From: a virus
IMG/VR virus record: IMGVR_UViG_3300042691_030776
Direction: 5' to 3' (one strand)
Length of the DNA: 64,000 nt
The notes under the pieces are model-generated. The model ran no database searches. It was not told the DNA's origin and saw nothing but the letters and a program-made list of their open reading frames with translations. The position numbers were made by a program, and so were the translations under genes. Positions 19,937 through 30,147 of this stretch are shown here, piece by piece. Positions within the stretch are counted from its first letter, which is position 1, and the number at the start of each line of letters is the position of its first letter.

Positions 19937-20591
19937 CGCCGCCTCCGATGGTCATAGTACCGCCTGACGCGGCCGAAGCCATGTCCATGGCCTGCTGTAC
20001 AAGATCAGAGTGTAAGTCAGTATAGGTAGGAACTTCAGCACCACGAGGATCAATGAAACGTCCTTTAGAACTGTCCCAGGTATATTGGATCCTGCTGGTT
20101 TTCCTGCCCACAGTGGTGGTGGTATTTACTACCGTACCATTGGGTATTACAAACACAGGGTTGGCCTGTGCTTTGAGATATCCAGGAATAAAATGATTTG
20201 TAAAATATTGTTTTACTGCTTCGATACTCTGCACAGGAATCATTGTTCTCAGTGGGTATTCATCAACATTGACTTTGGCTGCTTTTTCTAACCAACTACG
20301 AAATAATCCTCGGTACTCATCATCGCTGAATGGTTTGCCTGCCGCGGCTTCTATACGCTCAAATTCTTTGTCCCAAGCCTGTGTCCAGGCAGCTGCCAGC
20401 TGACCTGCTTGTTGATTGGCTTTCTCTGCTCCTACTTTGTCGGCTAGAGCTTTATACCACTGGGGAGTAATATCACCTTTAAACGAAGCAAATGCCTGTT
20501 TGATTTTTTGGGCATTCTGAGCTTGGCTGGCTTTTCCAATAGCCCGCAAATCATCGAATACTCCCTCTTTGACAATATCATTGACTTTCAT
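19920..20591 (-). CDS. Hypothetical protein
   Basis: 223 aa, MKVNDIVKE N-terminus. Confidence 0.65.
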   Translation of the reverse strand: MKVNDIVKEGVFDDLRAIGKASQAQNAQKIKQAFASFKGDITPQWYKALADKVGAEKANQQAGQLAAAWTQAWDKEFERIEAAAGKPFSDDEYRGLFRSWLEKAAKVNVDEYPLRTMIPVQSIEAVKQYFTNHFIPGYLKAQANPVFVIPNGTVVNTTTTVGRKTSRIQYTWDSSKGRFIDPRGAEVPTYTDLHSDLVQQAMDMASAASGGTMTIGGGGAATI

Positions 20592-20826
20592 CAGTGCGCC
20601 TTACTGTGCGTGTAAACTTAGATGCATCACGCATCTTTATGGCATTGATCAGTTTGCGCTGTAGATTTTCTGCTTGTTCAGCATCGTAGGTTTGCTCAAT
20701 CTGCTCCATGAGACGTATGGCACTGGCAATGATATTGCTGGCGCGATTTTCTATCACATGTCGGCGATCTCGGTCGATGTACATAGCATCGAGCTCTTCT
20801 AATATACTACGGGTCTTTTTTTGCAT
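20578..20826 (-). CDS. Conserved hypothetical protein
   Basis: MQKKTRSILEEL...; late TAAATA upstream. Confidence 0.7.
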   Translation of the reverse strand: MQKKTRSILEELDAMYIDRDRRHVIENRASNIIASAIRLMEQIEQTYDAEQAENLQRKLINAIKMRDASKFTRTVRRTDESQ

Positions 20827-20850
20827 GATCACAAAGCCTTTGTTTTATAT

Positions 20851-21858
20851 TTATTGGCTTTGTCCACAAACGTCATTGCAAATAACCAAGCGGCCCGCTT
20901 CAAATGTAGGGATCGACCAGGAGTTTTCCACTGCGGAAAACCAGGAAATACATGACTCCATGCTGTTTTCCAGGGCATTATTATTCTTTATCAACGGACT
21001 GACTTGGGCATTGGCGGCCTGATGATAGTTGCCATGCCCATATTGCCGTGGATTAAATCCCAAAAAGCAACAGGGATATACATCACCAGTGCTGGATATG
21101 TAAACAGATTTGTTCTTTTGTACCTGGCATCCAATAGGCTTGGGTTCTCGGCCAGGCACAATGTCCTCTAGTAAGACCTCGTCTGTTTTTCTACTGTCGA
21201 ACAGCACTTTGAAATCTGTAGTTTTTGGTCGTCCAATCACGTGTGTTAGTTGGCCTTGCGTGTTGTAAACAGGAGCCTGATCTCTACCATGATTGACCAG
21301 TCGAAACTCCTGGAATCCCATGGTGCTGGCAAGAGCGCGAGCTTGATCCCATTGATGTTGATTGTGGTCAAACTCGATCATTTTCCACACAGCATGCCCG
21401 CCTGCTGAAATAAAGATTTGTGCATTTCGGATAACTGTGGAATAAAGAGTATTTTGACGGTAAAGACTGTGAGTATCTTCCAACCCATCGATGCAAAAAT
21501 GCACTATTGTTCCCAGCCGAGCCAAGGCTTGCCAAAACTCTCGATCTCTGGCGCCGGCATTGGTACTGATCGTGATAGAAAGATCAGGATTAGTTTGTTT
21601 AAAATATGAGAGTATAGAAACAGTGTGTGGATTCATCACCGCATCACCAAAATTTCCATTTACATATATTTCTTTGATCTGGCCAAGAAACTCTTTGGAA
21701 AATATCTGTTGTGCTTCACTCAAGGTCATGTCATGTTCGAGATAGCCATCATTGTAGGGATAGCCGTAGAAGTTCCTGGGGCACAGCGGGCAGGCCGCGT
21801 TGCACCTACTGGATATTTCTAAATGTACATGACGCACCTGATTGATGTCGTACATCAT
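20851..21858 (-). CDS. Radical SAM protein with SPASM/Twitch domain
   Basis: CNAACPLC; C-terminal C...GDVYPCC...CNDVC. Confidence 0.9.
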   Translation of the reverse strand: MMYDINQVRHVHLEISSRCNAACPLCPRNFYGYPYNDGYLEHDMTLSEAQQIFSKEFLGQIKEIYVNGNFGDAVMNPHTVSILSYFKQTNPDLSITISTNAGARDREFWQALARLGTIVHFCIDGLEDTHSLYRQNTLYSTVIRNAQIFISAGGHAVWKMIEFDHNQHQWDQARALASTMGFQEFRLVNHGRDQAPVYNTQGQLTHVIGRPKTTDFKVLFDSRKTDEVLLEDIVPGREPKPIGCQVQKNKSVYISSTGDVYPCCFLGFNPRQYGHGNYHQAANAQVSPLIKNNNALENSMESCISWFSAVENSWSIPTFEAGRLVICNDVCGQSQ

Positions 21859-23255
21859 CCATTGGCTTTGATATTGTTCAACATTTTTTTCAATGCTGAG
21901 CTGTGTACATCAGCTGATACTTTGGCAACTTCACCAGTTTCTTCATCCACTGATTCAGATACTTGGCTCTTGGCCTTGATTGATTCATAGATGCTGGGCT
22001 TCTTGACAAATCCTGAACTTTGCTGTTGATCTTCTCCAAGGTCTCTGATGCGCAGACTCTCAATATCAAACTCTAAATCTACCTTTTGCCCCACACCCGA
22101 AGAACTTCGGGTTTTCATCAGCTGGATTTGATAGCGTCCACGCTCACGCATGGCTCTACTGGTAAAGATACCAAATACATTGTCCGCTGTGTTGATCTTA
22201 CTAATACCGCCCGATATATGGCTGTGGTCAAACTCGATCTCCTCCACTGCCGCACGATTTAGCTGTGAAGCTGTGACAAACAACACATTGAGCTCTTTGG
22301 CCAGATTGCGTAGTTCTTCTGACACATATTTGTCTTTGACAAACAAATCATTAGGCGATACCTTGGCGCTGACAGGCATGATCAAGTCCAAGTAGTCTAC
22401 ACATAGGAAGTCTACTCGTTTGCCTGTCTTGACCTGTAGCTCTTTCAAGTATGCACGGATATCATTCACTGTTGATTGTGCTGGCATGTACTTGATCTGT
22501 AGCGCACCAGACTTTTTCTGCATCATCTTGACCTTCATTTCCACTGTGTCAATGTCTCGGAAGATCTCTTTGCTGGATGTATTTGTCATCATGCTATCAA
22601 TACGCATTGAACACAGCCCTTCACTCAGTTCTAGTGTAATGTAGCATCCGTTGAGTCCTGCCTGTGCCCAGTTCACTGCCAAGTTCTGCATGAACAAGCT
22701 CTTGCCCGAGCCTGAGCCACCTGCAAAGATTTGTAGTTCACCGCGATTGAATCCACCATACAGCAATCGATCCAGCGCAGGCCACCCTGTGGAGTTTTGC
22801 CCGTTGTTGTTTTTTAGAGCCATGAGCCGAGCTCTGGGGTCATCAAAGTAATCTGTGCCAAGGTCTTTGGTCAACGAAATCTGCACAGCATCTTTGATCA
22901 ACTTTTCCACAGGATCAAAGTTACCTTTTTCCAACAAGTCTGCTGACTTAAGGATCGCACGTTCTAGTTCCTGACGGCGGGTAAATCCCTCAAACTCTTC
23001 CATGAACCAGTCAAGATGTCCGTCATTGAGTTCAGGAATCTCTTCCAAGTTTACGCTGGTCACTGCTCGTACCTGCTTACGATCAGGCAGTGTCTTGTGC
23101 TTGTCGGCGTGTTCTTTGATAAACTTGGCCGCACTACGCAGACTACGATCAAAGTTTTCATCGTTATAGATGTTTTGCACTCGTACAAAGCTCTGTGCGT
23201 CTTGCAACATAATCTCAAGAAACAGTCGCTGGACTTCTACTGAATAATCTTTCAT
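21855..23255 (-). CDS. Replicative DnaB-family helicase (T4 gp41-like)
   Basis: GGSGSGKS, ITLELSE, VDYLDL, TASQLNR, MKTR. Confidence 0.93.
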   Translation of the reverse strand: MKDYSVEVQRLFLEIMLQDAQSFVRVQNIYNDENFDRSLRSAAKFIKEHADKHKTLPDRKQVRAVTSVNLEEIPELNDGHLDWFMEEFEGFTRRQELERAILKSADLLEKGNFDPVEKLIKDAVQISLTKDLGTDYFDDPRARLMALKNNNGQNSTGWPALDRLLYGGFNRGELQIFAGGSGSGKSLFMQNLAVNWAQAGLNGCYITLELSEGLCSMRIDSMMTNTSSKEIFRDIDTVEMKVKMMQKKSGALQIKYMPAQSTVNDIRAYLKELQVKTGKRVDFLCVDYLDLIMPVSAKVSPNDLFVKDKYVSEELRNLAKELNVLFVTASQLNRAAVEEIEFDHSHISGGISKINTADNVFGIFTSRAMRERGRYQIQLMKTRSSSGVGQKVDLEFDIESLRIRDLGEDQQQSSGFVKKPSIYESIKAKSQVSESVDEETGEVAKVSADVHSSALKKMLNNIKANG

Positions 23256-23269
23256 AATATCTTTCGTTG

Positions 23270-23968
23270 TTATGTATCAATGTTGTCAATGATATCTAAA
23301 ATCATTTCGGCCAACTTGGCGTGTGTGTTGGGCCCAGGATGGGTATCCAAAGGTGCATCGTCGGTCTGTAGGTCAGCAATGCTGTGCCAAGGGTTGATCC
23401 ATTGCTTCCAGTCAATGAGTTCAAGATTATTTTGTAGTCGTTGTTTGAAATCTTGTGTTTCCTGTTCTGACAGTCCTTGATACAACTGCCGAGCATATTG
23501 GCTAGGTTCTGTTCCTGTCAGCATGTCCTCGGTCCAGGGTAGCATACCGTTGACAAACCAAATGTTACTGCTGGCATCATCGGCCATTTGTTGTAGTATC
23601 CTTGTGTAGTCTATTAGACTCATTATATTGCCATAGTCATGATTCAGCAACTGGTATTGGGCCACAAATGATCGGTCAACCAGACCATTGTCGGCATAGC
23701 TACCAATATAGAATCCTTGTTTGGGACTGGGGTAGACCCAATGCCTATGTAGAGCACTCCATTGCACAAAATAGGCATCGTGCGATCTATCCAGCAAGGC
23801 CTTGGCTGCACGAGTGAATATCTTCAGATTGCTGGATCCACCTTCAGCTTGATTGTCAGCATGAGTATGCATGGTTCGTGACACGATGTTGGGATATATC
23901 GTTGGATCTTGTTGCTGATCAGGATATCCTGCACCCATGGTAATGCTACATCCGCCAAAGTAAATCAT
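23270..23968 (-). CDS. SGNH/GDSL-fold hydrolase or acyltransferase-like protein
   Basis: GCSIT block I, GGSSN, C-terminal DTHPG. Confidence 0.65.
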   Translation of the reverse strand: MIYFGGCSITMGAGYPDQQQDPTIYPNIVSRTMHTHADNQAEGGSSNLKIFTRAAKALLDRSHDAYFVQWSALHRHWVYPSPKQGFYIGSYADNGLVDRSFVAQYQLLNHDYGNIMSLIDYTRILQQMADDASSNIWFVNGMLPWTEDMLTGTEPSQYARQLYQGLSEQETQDFKQRLQNNLELIDWKQWINPWHSIADLQTDDAPLDTHPGPNTHAKLAEMILDIIDNIDT

Positions 23969-24672
23969 GTCCACCCCAAGTGTTTGATCCTGGGTTCCAG
24001 CACAGTATCATACCAGTGACGATTGCCCACTGCGCTGTGATGACCGTGCCAGCCAAAAGAGTCAAAGTCCACTGGACGATTGATGCCTTTGTTGACAGAA
24101 TAATATGTGTCCTCAAACAAAATACTGTAAGGATCTGCCAAGAAGCGTCGTTGGATACTGCCCAACACTGGCCAATCTGTTTGAGGTTGGAAAGGTTCGG
24201 CCAAATTCACTATCAGCACATGCGGCGTCCAGCCTAGGATGTACTGTTTTAAAAGAAACAGCTCTCTCAACACCTGTGCTTCTTGCCAACTGCGATTCCA
24301 GCTCATGACATAACCTTTGCCCAACTGATGTGTGGTCACTTGGCGTAGCCCATCATGCTCTAGTATAGGTTGGCGATCTATTTCTTCAAGATTGTTAAAA
24401 AATCTATACCGTATGGGAGGCTGTCCATCAGGATCATACACAGTAAAACGTTCAATAGGCGGAACACCAATGATTACGTAGTCATCTCGAGCAAATCCAG
24501 CGCCAGCAACAACAAGATGTGATATGCTGTCAATGTTGTTGCCAGGCCAGCTGTAGTTCTCTATACCGTGAATTTTCAAAGCAGATGCAATCAGCCCCCA
24601 CCAAGAATCCTTGGGTTCTACACAGAATCCTGGTGTGCTGTAACTATCGCCGTAGACAAATAATCTAGCCAT
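23965..24672 (-). CDS. SGNH/GDSL-fold protein
   Basis: YGDSYS, PGNN, C-terminal GHH. Confidence 0.65.
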   Translation of the reverse strand: MARLFVYGDSYSTPGFCVEPKDSWWGLIASALKIHGIENYSWPGNNIDSISHLVVAGAGFARDDYVIIGVPPIERFTVYDPDGQPPIRYRFFNNLEEIDRQPILEHDGLRQVTTHQLGKGYVMSWNRSWQEAQVLRELFLLKQYILGWTPHVLIVNLAEPFQPQTDWPVLGSIQRRFLADPYSILFEDTYYSVNKGINRPVDFDSFGWHGHHSAVGNRHWYDTVLEPRIKHLGWT

Positions 24673-25624
24673 GAATCTTCCTGAGCAAGTTATTGCGAGC
24701 TATTTCTATCTTGATACGACTGGTATTTCTAGCTTCAAAAATACTCAGCATGGTTGTTGTACGACCATATTTCTTTACAGAATCGTTGACGTCTTTGACG
24801 TCTGCGCCCCAACTTGGCATGCTCACTGCCCATCCTAGTTCTATAGCGCGATCCACCAGCTTCAATCCTGCTTCGTCTTGATCAGGTACTACTGTGATTT
24901 CTCTACCTAGAGATCGTATCAATCGAACCTGTGCATCATTGATTTCAGCATGTAACACTGCCAGACCGCCGATGCTGAGTGCATCAAACACGCCCTCGAC
25001 TACGATGGCATGTTGCCAACTGTTCTTTTGCAAATCTGTGCCGAATACGTATCCATGCTGTATGTCTTGTATGTATTTGGGTGTACGATCATCTAAAAAT
25101 CTTGTGGTATGCCCGACCACCTGTCCATTGTGTGTGAATGGTATCAATATGCCCGGTCGCGGCATGGTCTTGTACAACAAAGGATAATCTCGAGGTATGC
25201 AACGATCTTCAAGATATTGCAGTGCTGTGTCATTTAGGGGTTGTGTGTCGGCTGGTAAGTTTCGATCTTCGAAGTTGATGTCCTGCAACTTTTGAAGTAC
25301 CTGCTGTCGTTCGTCGAGCATGCCAGCGATATTTTTATGTTTGAGACTTTCAAGATTGATACGCTCGATCTCATTTCGATCAACATTGAGCCAGCCCAAC
25401 AGCTTACGAGCTTTAAACGACAAGTTCCGTCCCAACACAAAGCTGGCAGTGAACCCGCAGTTGAAACAATGATAGCTCCAACCTTGGTCTGTTGTTTTGA
25501 GGCCGCCACGTTGTCGTCGATCTGGTGACTCACCATTGTGGACGCAACAAGGCGCATTGAAGCTTATCCAGCCCGAGCTGGTGCTTTTGCGTTTGGCTGG
25601 TAGGTAAGAAAGTACATCTATCAC
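24665..25624 (-). CDS. DNA primase (T4 gp61-like)
   Basis: Zn domain (PCC...HCFNC); TOPRIM VVEGVFDAL, PDQDEAG, KDVND. Confidence 0.9.
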   Translation of the reverse strand: MIDVLSYLPAKRKSTSSGWISFNAPCCVHNGESPDRRQRGGLKTTDQGWSYHCFNCGFTASFVLGRNLSFKARKLLGWLNVDRNEIERINLESLKHKNIAGMLDERQQVLQKLQDINFEDRNLPADTQPLNDTALQYLEDRCIPRDYPLLYKTMPRPGILIPFTHNGQVVGHTTRFLDDRTPKYIQDIQHGYVFGTDLQKNSWQHAIVVEGVFDALSIGGLAVLHAEINDAQVRLIRSLGREITVVPDQDEAGLKLVDRAIELGWAVSMPSWGADVKDVNDSVKKYGRTTTMLSIFEARNTSRIKIEIARNNLLRKIHG

Positions 25625-26361
25625 TCTAACATTTTAGCATACTTTATGTGTTCAATCAAGTGATCTGCTATGAGTTGATGGCCTTTTTCATTGGGATGCC
25701 CTCCCCGAGCAAAGGGTTCGATTCCCAGTTCTTGCTTTTTTTGGTGTAGTATTTCGCGCCAGCTCAGTCCTGGATAGATTAGGCTAGGCACAGTCACACC
25801 ATATCGATTTGGCAACACTGAGAACTGTATCACGGGGATTCCATATCGGCTCACAGCTTGATCAAACAGATTGATCGTTTGTTGGAAATTATATTCTGCC
25901 CAGTCTGCGTGGTAACTCATGCCTAACCAAAGCTTCTGAAGTTTAAACCAGTTTTCGTCGATGTCCGGATTGGGTTGTGTGAGCCAGGTACCATGCATGT
26001 GTCGATTCCACTGTGGATCTTTGCGGCTGATTTCGTGCAAGGGATTAAACCAACTCTGTCGAGTAGCATCTGTCAGCCCTACCAAGAACAGTACATCATC
26101 TGTGCTTTGACCATTGCGGAGATACCACATAAAGTTCCAACGCATGCTTTCTAGGCTAGAACCCGGAAAGGCCATGTTGTCTAGTTCAAGACCAAAGTGT
26201 TCAGCCACCCGACCAGCATAACAATGTTTTAATCTGTAGGGACGATTTTCATCGTAGTGATCTCTAAATTCATCATCAGATAAATCTCGAAATTCAGGGG
26301 CGATAAGTTCGTCACCGTAGGTCCAGCTGTCGCCAAACACTACTAGTTTGCGTATCTTCAT
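25621..26361 (-). CDS. SGNH/GDSL-fold protein
   Basis: FGDSWTYG, PGSS, GHPNEKGH. Confidence 0.7.
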   Translation of the reverse strand: MKIRKLVVFGDSWTYGDELIAPEFRDLSDDEFRDHYDENRPYRLKHCYAGRVAEHFGLELDNMAFPGSSLESMRWNFMWYLRNGQSTDDVLFLVGLTDATRQSWFNPLHEISRKDPQWNRHMHGTWLTQPNPDIDENWFKLQKLWLGMSYHADWAEYNFQQTINLFDQAVSRYGIPVIQFSVLPNRYGVTVPSLIYPGLSWREILHQKKQELGIEPFARGGHPNEKGHQLIADHLIEHIKYAKMLE

Positions 26362-27353
26362 CTAAATGCTATTGAAGTGATAAATCCGTTGTTGATTGCG
26401 GCGTTGGGGTTATTGACGTAGCCTTCACCACCAGTGATCACCACCGCACCTGTGATGTTACCGCCTGATGCTGTGGCATACCCTGTGGCTCCAGTACCTT
26501 CGCCATGGATATCAATGTTGGGGAATGGTGTAGATATCCACTGACTGCCTTGATTGTTCATGGTGATATTGGTCACATTACCACCACTGACTACAACATT
26601 GCCAACCTTGGCTTTGTAACCATATTGGTTGACTTCAAAACGAACATAGTTATGATAACCTTCGATGTTCCAGTGATCGCGTTCAACTTGATTGATATAC
26701 TGGCGCTGGCTACCTATGTCGTACCATGGTCCCAACTGCGTGTTAGATCCTTGTGGTTTTACGTTGCCTGAAAAGTTGTCAAACGTCATCTGGAACGTGA
26801 CCAAGGGTCGGCCCTGTACATACACAGATGATGTGTGATTCCGGTTGGGATTATCTTGACTGATTTCTGGGTTGGTGGGCACAGTCATTATTTCACTGGG
26901 CACAAAGTCTGGATACACCGAATCTAGTATATCTGCTTTGCCACGACCTCCTGAATAAGCATCTGTAAACACAGGTTCGTAGAGTGAGCTAGTCACTGTG
27001 TTGCGTTCAAGACTCCAGCCCACGGGCTGTGCATCTATGGAATCAAGTTCTGTTGACAGCAGTGTTACTTTGGCTCGTCCATAGGTGGCATTCAGGATTT
27101 CCAAGTCTTTGCTCAACAACAGTATGTCTCCGTTGGTGCTGATCAGTCTAAATGTGATGGTGCTACCCGTGATGTTCACGGGCTTTTCGTCTTGATTGAC
27201 GAACTGGAATAATATGACGTTGTCCACGCCACGATGTATTTTTAGATTTTTTGTGTACACAGGTTGCCACCTCCGGTCAAAGTAAGCACCACTGGTATCA
27301 ATCATTAATACCTGTTGTTTTTGTTGATATAAATAGGCAGTGGTAGAATACAT
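26358..27353 (-). CDS. Probable virion structural (baseplate/tail) protein
   Basis: GVDNVILFQFVNQDEKPVNIT (BppU-N-like) and Gly-rich beta repeats at the C-terminus. Confidence 0.55.
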   Translation of the reverse strand: MYSTTAYLYQQKQQVLMIDTSGAYFDRRWQPVYTKNLKIHRGVDNVILFQFVNQDEKPVNITGSTITFRLISTNGDILLLSKDLEILNATYGRAKVTLLSTELDSIDAQPVGWSLERNTVTSSLYEPVFTDAYSGGRGKADILDSVYPDFVPSEIMTVPTNPEISQDNPNRNHTSSVYVQGRPLVTFQMTFDNFSGNVKPQGSNTQLGPWYDIGSQRQYINQVERDHWNIEGYHNYVRFEVNQYGYKAKVGNVVVSGGNVTNITMNNQGSQWISTPFPNIDIHGEGTGATGYATASGGNITGAVVITGGEGYVNNPNAAINNGFITSIAFR

Positions 27354-27377
27354 AAGAATAATTTCCTAAAGATATTT

Positions 27378-27755
27378 ATGGGCACAGAGATCTTCGCTAA
27401 AATAGCCGAACGCTATCCTTTTATAACATTCTGCGCTTATGCAGGCAACGAATACATCGGTGTGGTGCAGAATCGCGATGACGCTGTTACAACCATCTAT
27501 GACTTTGGAAACATACCCAATCCTGAACTTAAAAAACTGTTTCTAGAGCTGGCCAATCAATGGTGGTGGGAAAGCAATCGTAGCATACCCATAAACATAT
27601 TCTTGAAGAACGACTGGGAAATATTCCGTCCTTTCTTAAAGACTTTTGTCAACAAAGATCTGGAAATATTGCACGGGCCTTGCACCAGCCTAATAGACAT
27701 CGCCCGTAAAAAGAGCAAACGTAAATCAATCACCCTGGTCCGCAGAATGGACTAG
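27378..27755 (+). CDS. Conserved hypothetical protein
   Basis: 125 aa, WWWESNRSIPINIFL, basic C-terminus; TATAAATA at 27328-27335. Confidence 0.75.
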   Translation: MGTEIFAKIAERYPFITFCAYAGNEYIGVVQNRDDAVTTIYDFGNIPNPELKKLFLELANQWWWESNRSIPINIFLKNDWEIFRPFLKTFVNKDLEILHGPCTSLIDIARKKSKRKSITLVRRMD

Positions 27756-28301
27756 ATTCATGTGCAAGGCCACCAACTGTGCGTAGCCCACTGCATGACT
27801 TTTCTTAAAGAAATAGCTATCGTCTGCAGGACGAGTCCAAATGTCTTGGGCTATCGTGGGCCACCCACCTTGTGCTAGATGCCGCTTGGCCGGACGTATC
27901 ACAGCCAACAACATGGCCATACGCGGTATGCTATTGGGTTGTAGTTGCTGTACCAAATCATAATGATTGCCAATGTGTACAATCTTTTCGCAAAACTCTC
28001 GCTCTTGCAATCTATGCCAAGGTGGTTCCTGGCTCAACATCTCATCGTAGTGCGCTGGATCACGTACCAACTGATACACAGTCATGTTCAGCAAATCTAT
28101 CTTAAAGTACCCACGTTGTTCAGCTTGTTGATAGTCTATGGCCGCACACTTATTCACCGGATCCCTGGGTATTTCAGTGATATAAACACCAGAGTTGTGC
28201 CGGCGTACTTTGTTATCAACTGTTTGACGTGCCGGTATATGCTGTATCAGTTTCAGCACTTGTTCTCTGTCTGCCAGATCGATATCTACGTCTGCACTCA
28301 T
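27726..28301 (-). CDS. Miniature DNA polymerase III alpha (DnaE)-like catalytic domain
   Basis: DVDID, HNSGVY, GYFKIDLL, IRP, FKKSHAVGY follow DnaE motifs in order; TGATG overlap with upstream gene. Confidence 0.8.
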   Translation of the reverse strand: MSADVDIDLADREQVLKLIQHIPARQTVDNKVRRHNSGVYITEIPRDPVNKCAAIDYQQAEQRGYFKIDLLNMTVYQLVRDPAHYDEMLSQEPPWHRLQEREFCEKIVHIGNHYDLVQQLQPNSIPRMAMLLAVIRPAKRHLAQGGWPTIAQDIWTRPADDSYFFKKSHAVGYAQLVALHMNLVHSADQGD

Positions 28302-28981
28302 CACCAACCTGCTTTCTTTAACATTTCTCTAGCATATTCTTGATCTGCTGGATAGTCTCGGAACTTTTTCTGCCAGCACTCTGGATCAATCCAGGGCCAT
28401 ACGATCTTAGTCTGATCAGGATCCATGTTCTCTAACCAGGCTTGGCCACTTTCACAGTTATACAATACCCAGGCGCTGACCCGACCTGTACTGATGGCAT
28501 AGGCAATGGCATTGTCATTGCCATATCTTAAGAAATCCTGAGCAGGATGTTCATGTGTTTCACTCCATTTGATAGAATGTTCTATGGCACGAGCCAAAGC
28601 ATCGTTCACAGATTCTCTACGAAGATAGTCTGTCAGATATTCGGTATAGATTGAGTCGCGGCACCAATGATCAATCTTTTTATTTTTTTCTACTACCCAT
28701 TCTATAAATCTTGGTGTGTTTACTGCATTGATATCTACACAGTACCGGCCAAACTTGGCAAAGGCCCTATAGTAAGGACTGCGAGCAAAATCATCAAAAG
28801 TCTTGAGCTTGGCAGACCCTTGGGTCATTTCGTAGAAACGCAGATAAGCCTGTAATCCTAACTGTACTCCTCGATCGTTCTGGCTTTGAAAACGTTTTTT
28901 CTGCTCGCACACATGCACAGCGAGACTGGTTTCTCTCTGGAAATCTTTTTCGCAGTATTGGCAAGTATACTTCTCAGTCAT
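28301..28981 (-). CDS. Zinc-finger protein
   Basis: N-terminal CQYCEKDF...HVC. Confidence 0.7.
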   Translation of the reverse strand: MTEKYTCQYCEKDFQRETSLAVHVCEQKKRFQSQNDRGVQLGLQAYLRFYEMTQGSAKLKTFDDFARSPYYRAFAKFGRYCVDINAVNTPRFIEWVVEKNKKIDHWCRDSIYTEYLTDYLRRESVNDALARAIEHSIKWSETHEHPAQDFLRYGNDNAIAYAISTGRVSAWVLYNCESGQAWLENMDPDQTKIVWPWIDPECWQKKFRDYPADQEYAREMLKKAGW

Positions 28982-28983
28982 AG

Positions 28984-30147
28984 TTATTTAGAAAACCAGT
29001 TTTGAGGTATCCCAAGTCTAGAAATATCATTGGTCACACAGTGTATGCCACAATCCCAAAAATACTTGTGCCGGAATGGCACCACATGCACTTCAATGCC
29101 GTGTCGAGCACAGGCCGCTTCAACTTGATCGTTGTGTGTAGAAACTACAATGTTCTTAGGATCAACTATCAATATGTTTACATCAAACACAGTTTCGCTG
29201 ACCTGTCCGACCCATTCATCAAAGTAATGATCTACCATGTGTATGAGATTGTTGTCTTGCTCAAACCCAGGCATGAACCAGCGTCCTTTGTTGCGCTTCA
29301 TTGAAAACTCAAACTCTCGCATGTGAGCATAGTTAGAGGGTGGCAAATATACCACTTCCCATTCAGGGAATGTGTCTGCATAGGTAGGTACATCATTAAG
29401 ACTGATGATCAATCCTGGTGTCACAGGACAATACACAGCATCGCCGTGGCCGCCGGAGTTGACCACACGATTCACAGTGCGGGGAAACAACTTGTTAACC
29501 TGATCTAATATAGCTTGTTTGTCATCATGGTACGTTTGTGTGGCAAAGAAAAGGTTCTCACCGATGCGACTAACAAAACAACCGTTGATAAAGTCGAGAT
29601 CTGTGTACACAATCTCGTTGCCTTGATTGCTTATTTCATCAAACACATGATTGTAAAAGTTCAACTTTCCATCAAGGTGTTTCTGATCGACTTCGCAAAA
29701 TCTTGCAAACTTTTCACGGACTTCTTGTGCATGGTTTGGCCATGCTTCGTAGAAATCACTGGGGCGCACATAGTCGGGGCAATGCGCTGGCTTGTTTTGT
29801 CTGTAAAACACTGACCAGGCATGACTAGCATTGGGCACCTTGGGCACCCAAAATCTATCTTCGATCATTAAAAAGTAATCTCTAGGAGCAGTAGGAGGTT
29901 GTACCCATTTGCCATTGATGTAAAGATCTTGTAGATTGTCTGGGAACTTAGGTCTATGAACTTTCACGCCAAATCTTTGAGTCAACAGTTTGATAAGCCC
30001 TTGATAGTCTTCTTCTGTTTCCTCGGCCAGCTTTTCAAATCTTGACCTTGTGTTGGAATCTTTGATCCATGAATAAAACTCTGGAGGATATGTTCGTCCT
30101 ACCAAACACACTTGCAACGGATCCCAATGTTGATATACTGAATACAT
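28984..30147 (-). CDS. Amidinotransferase-family protein
   Basis: WDPLQVCLVG, PRD, HGD, C-terminal GIHCVT catalytic Cys. Confidence 0.8.
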   Translation of the reverse strand: MYSVYQHWDPLQVCLVGRTYPPEFYSWIKDSNTRSRFEKLAEETEEDYQGLIKLLTQRFGVKVHRPKFPDNLQDLYINGKWVQPPTAPRDYFLMIEDRFWVPKVPNASHAWSVFYRQNKPAHCPDYVRPSDFYEAWPNHAQEVREKFARFCEVDQKHLDGKLNFYNHVFDEISNQGNEIVYTDLDFINGCFVSRIGENLFFATQTYHDDKQAILDQVNKLFPRTVNRVVNSGGHGDAVYCPVTPGLIISLNDVPTYADTFPEWEVVYLPPSNYAHMREFEFSMKRNKGRWFMPGFEQDNNLIHMVDHYFDEWVGQVSETVFDVNILIVDPKNIVVSTHNDQVEAACARHGIEVHVVPFRHKYFWDCGIHCVTNDISRLGIPQNWFSK

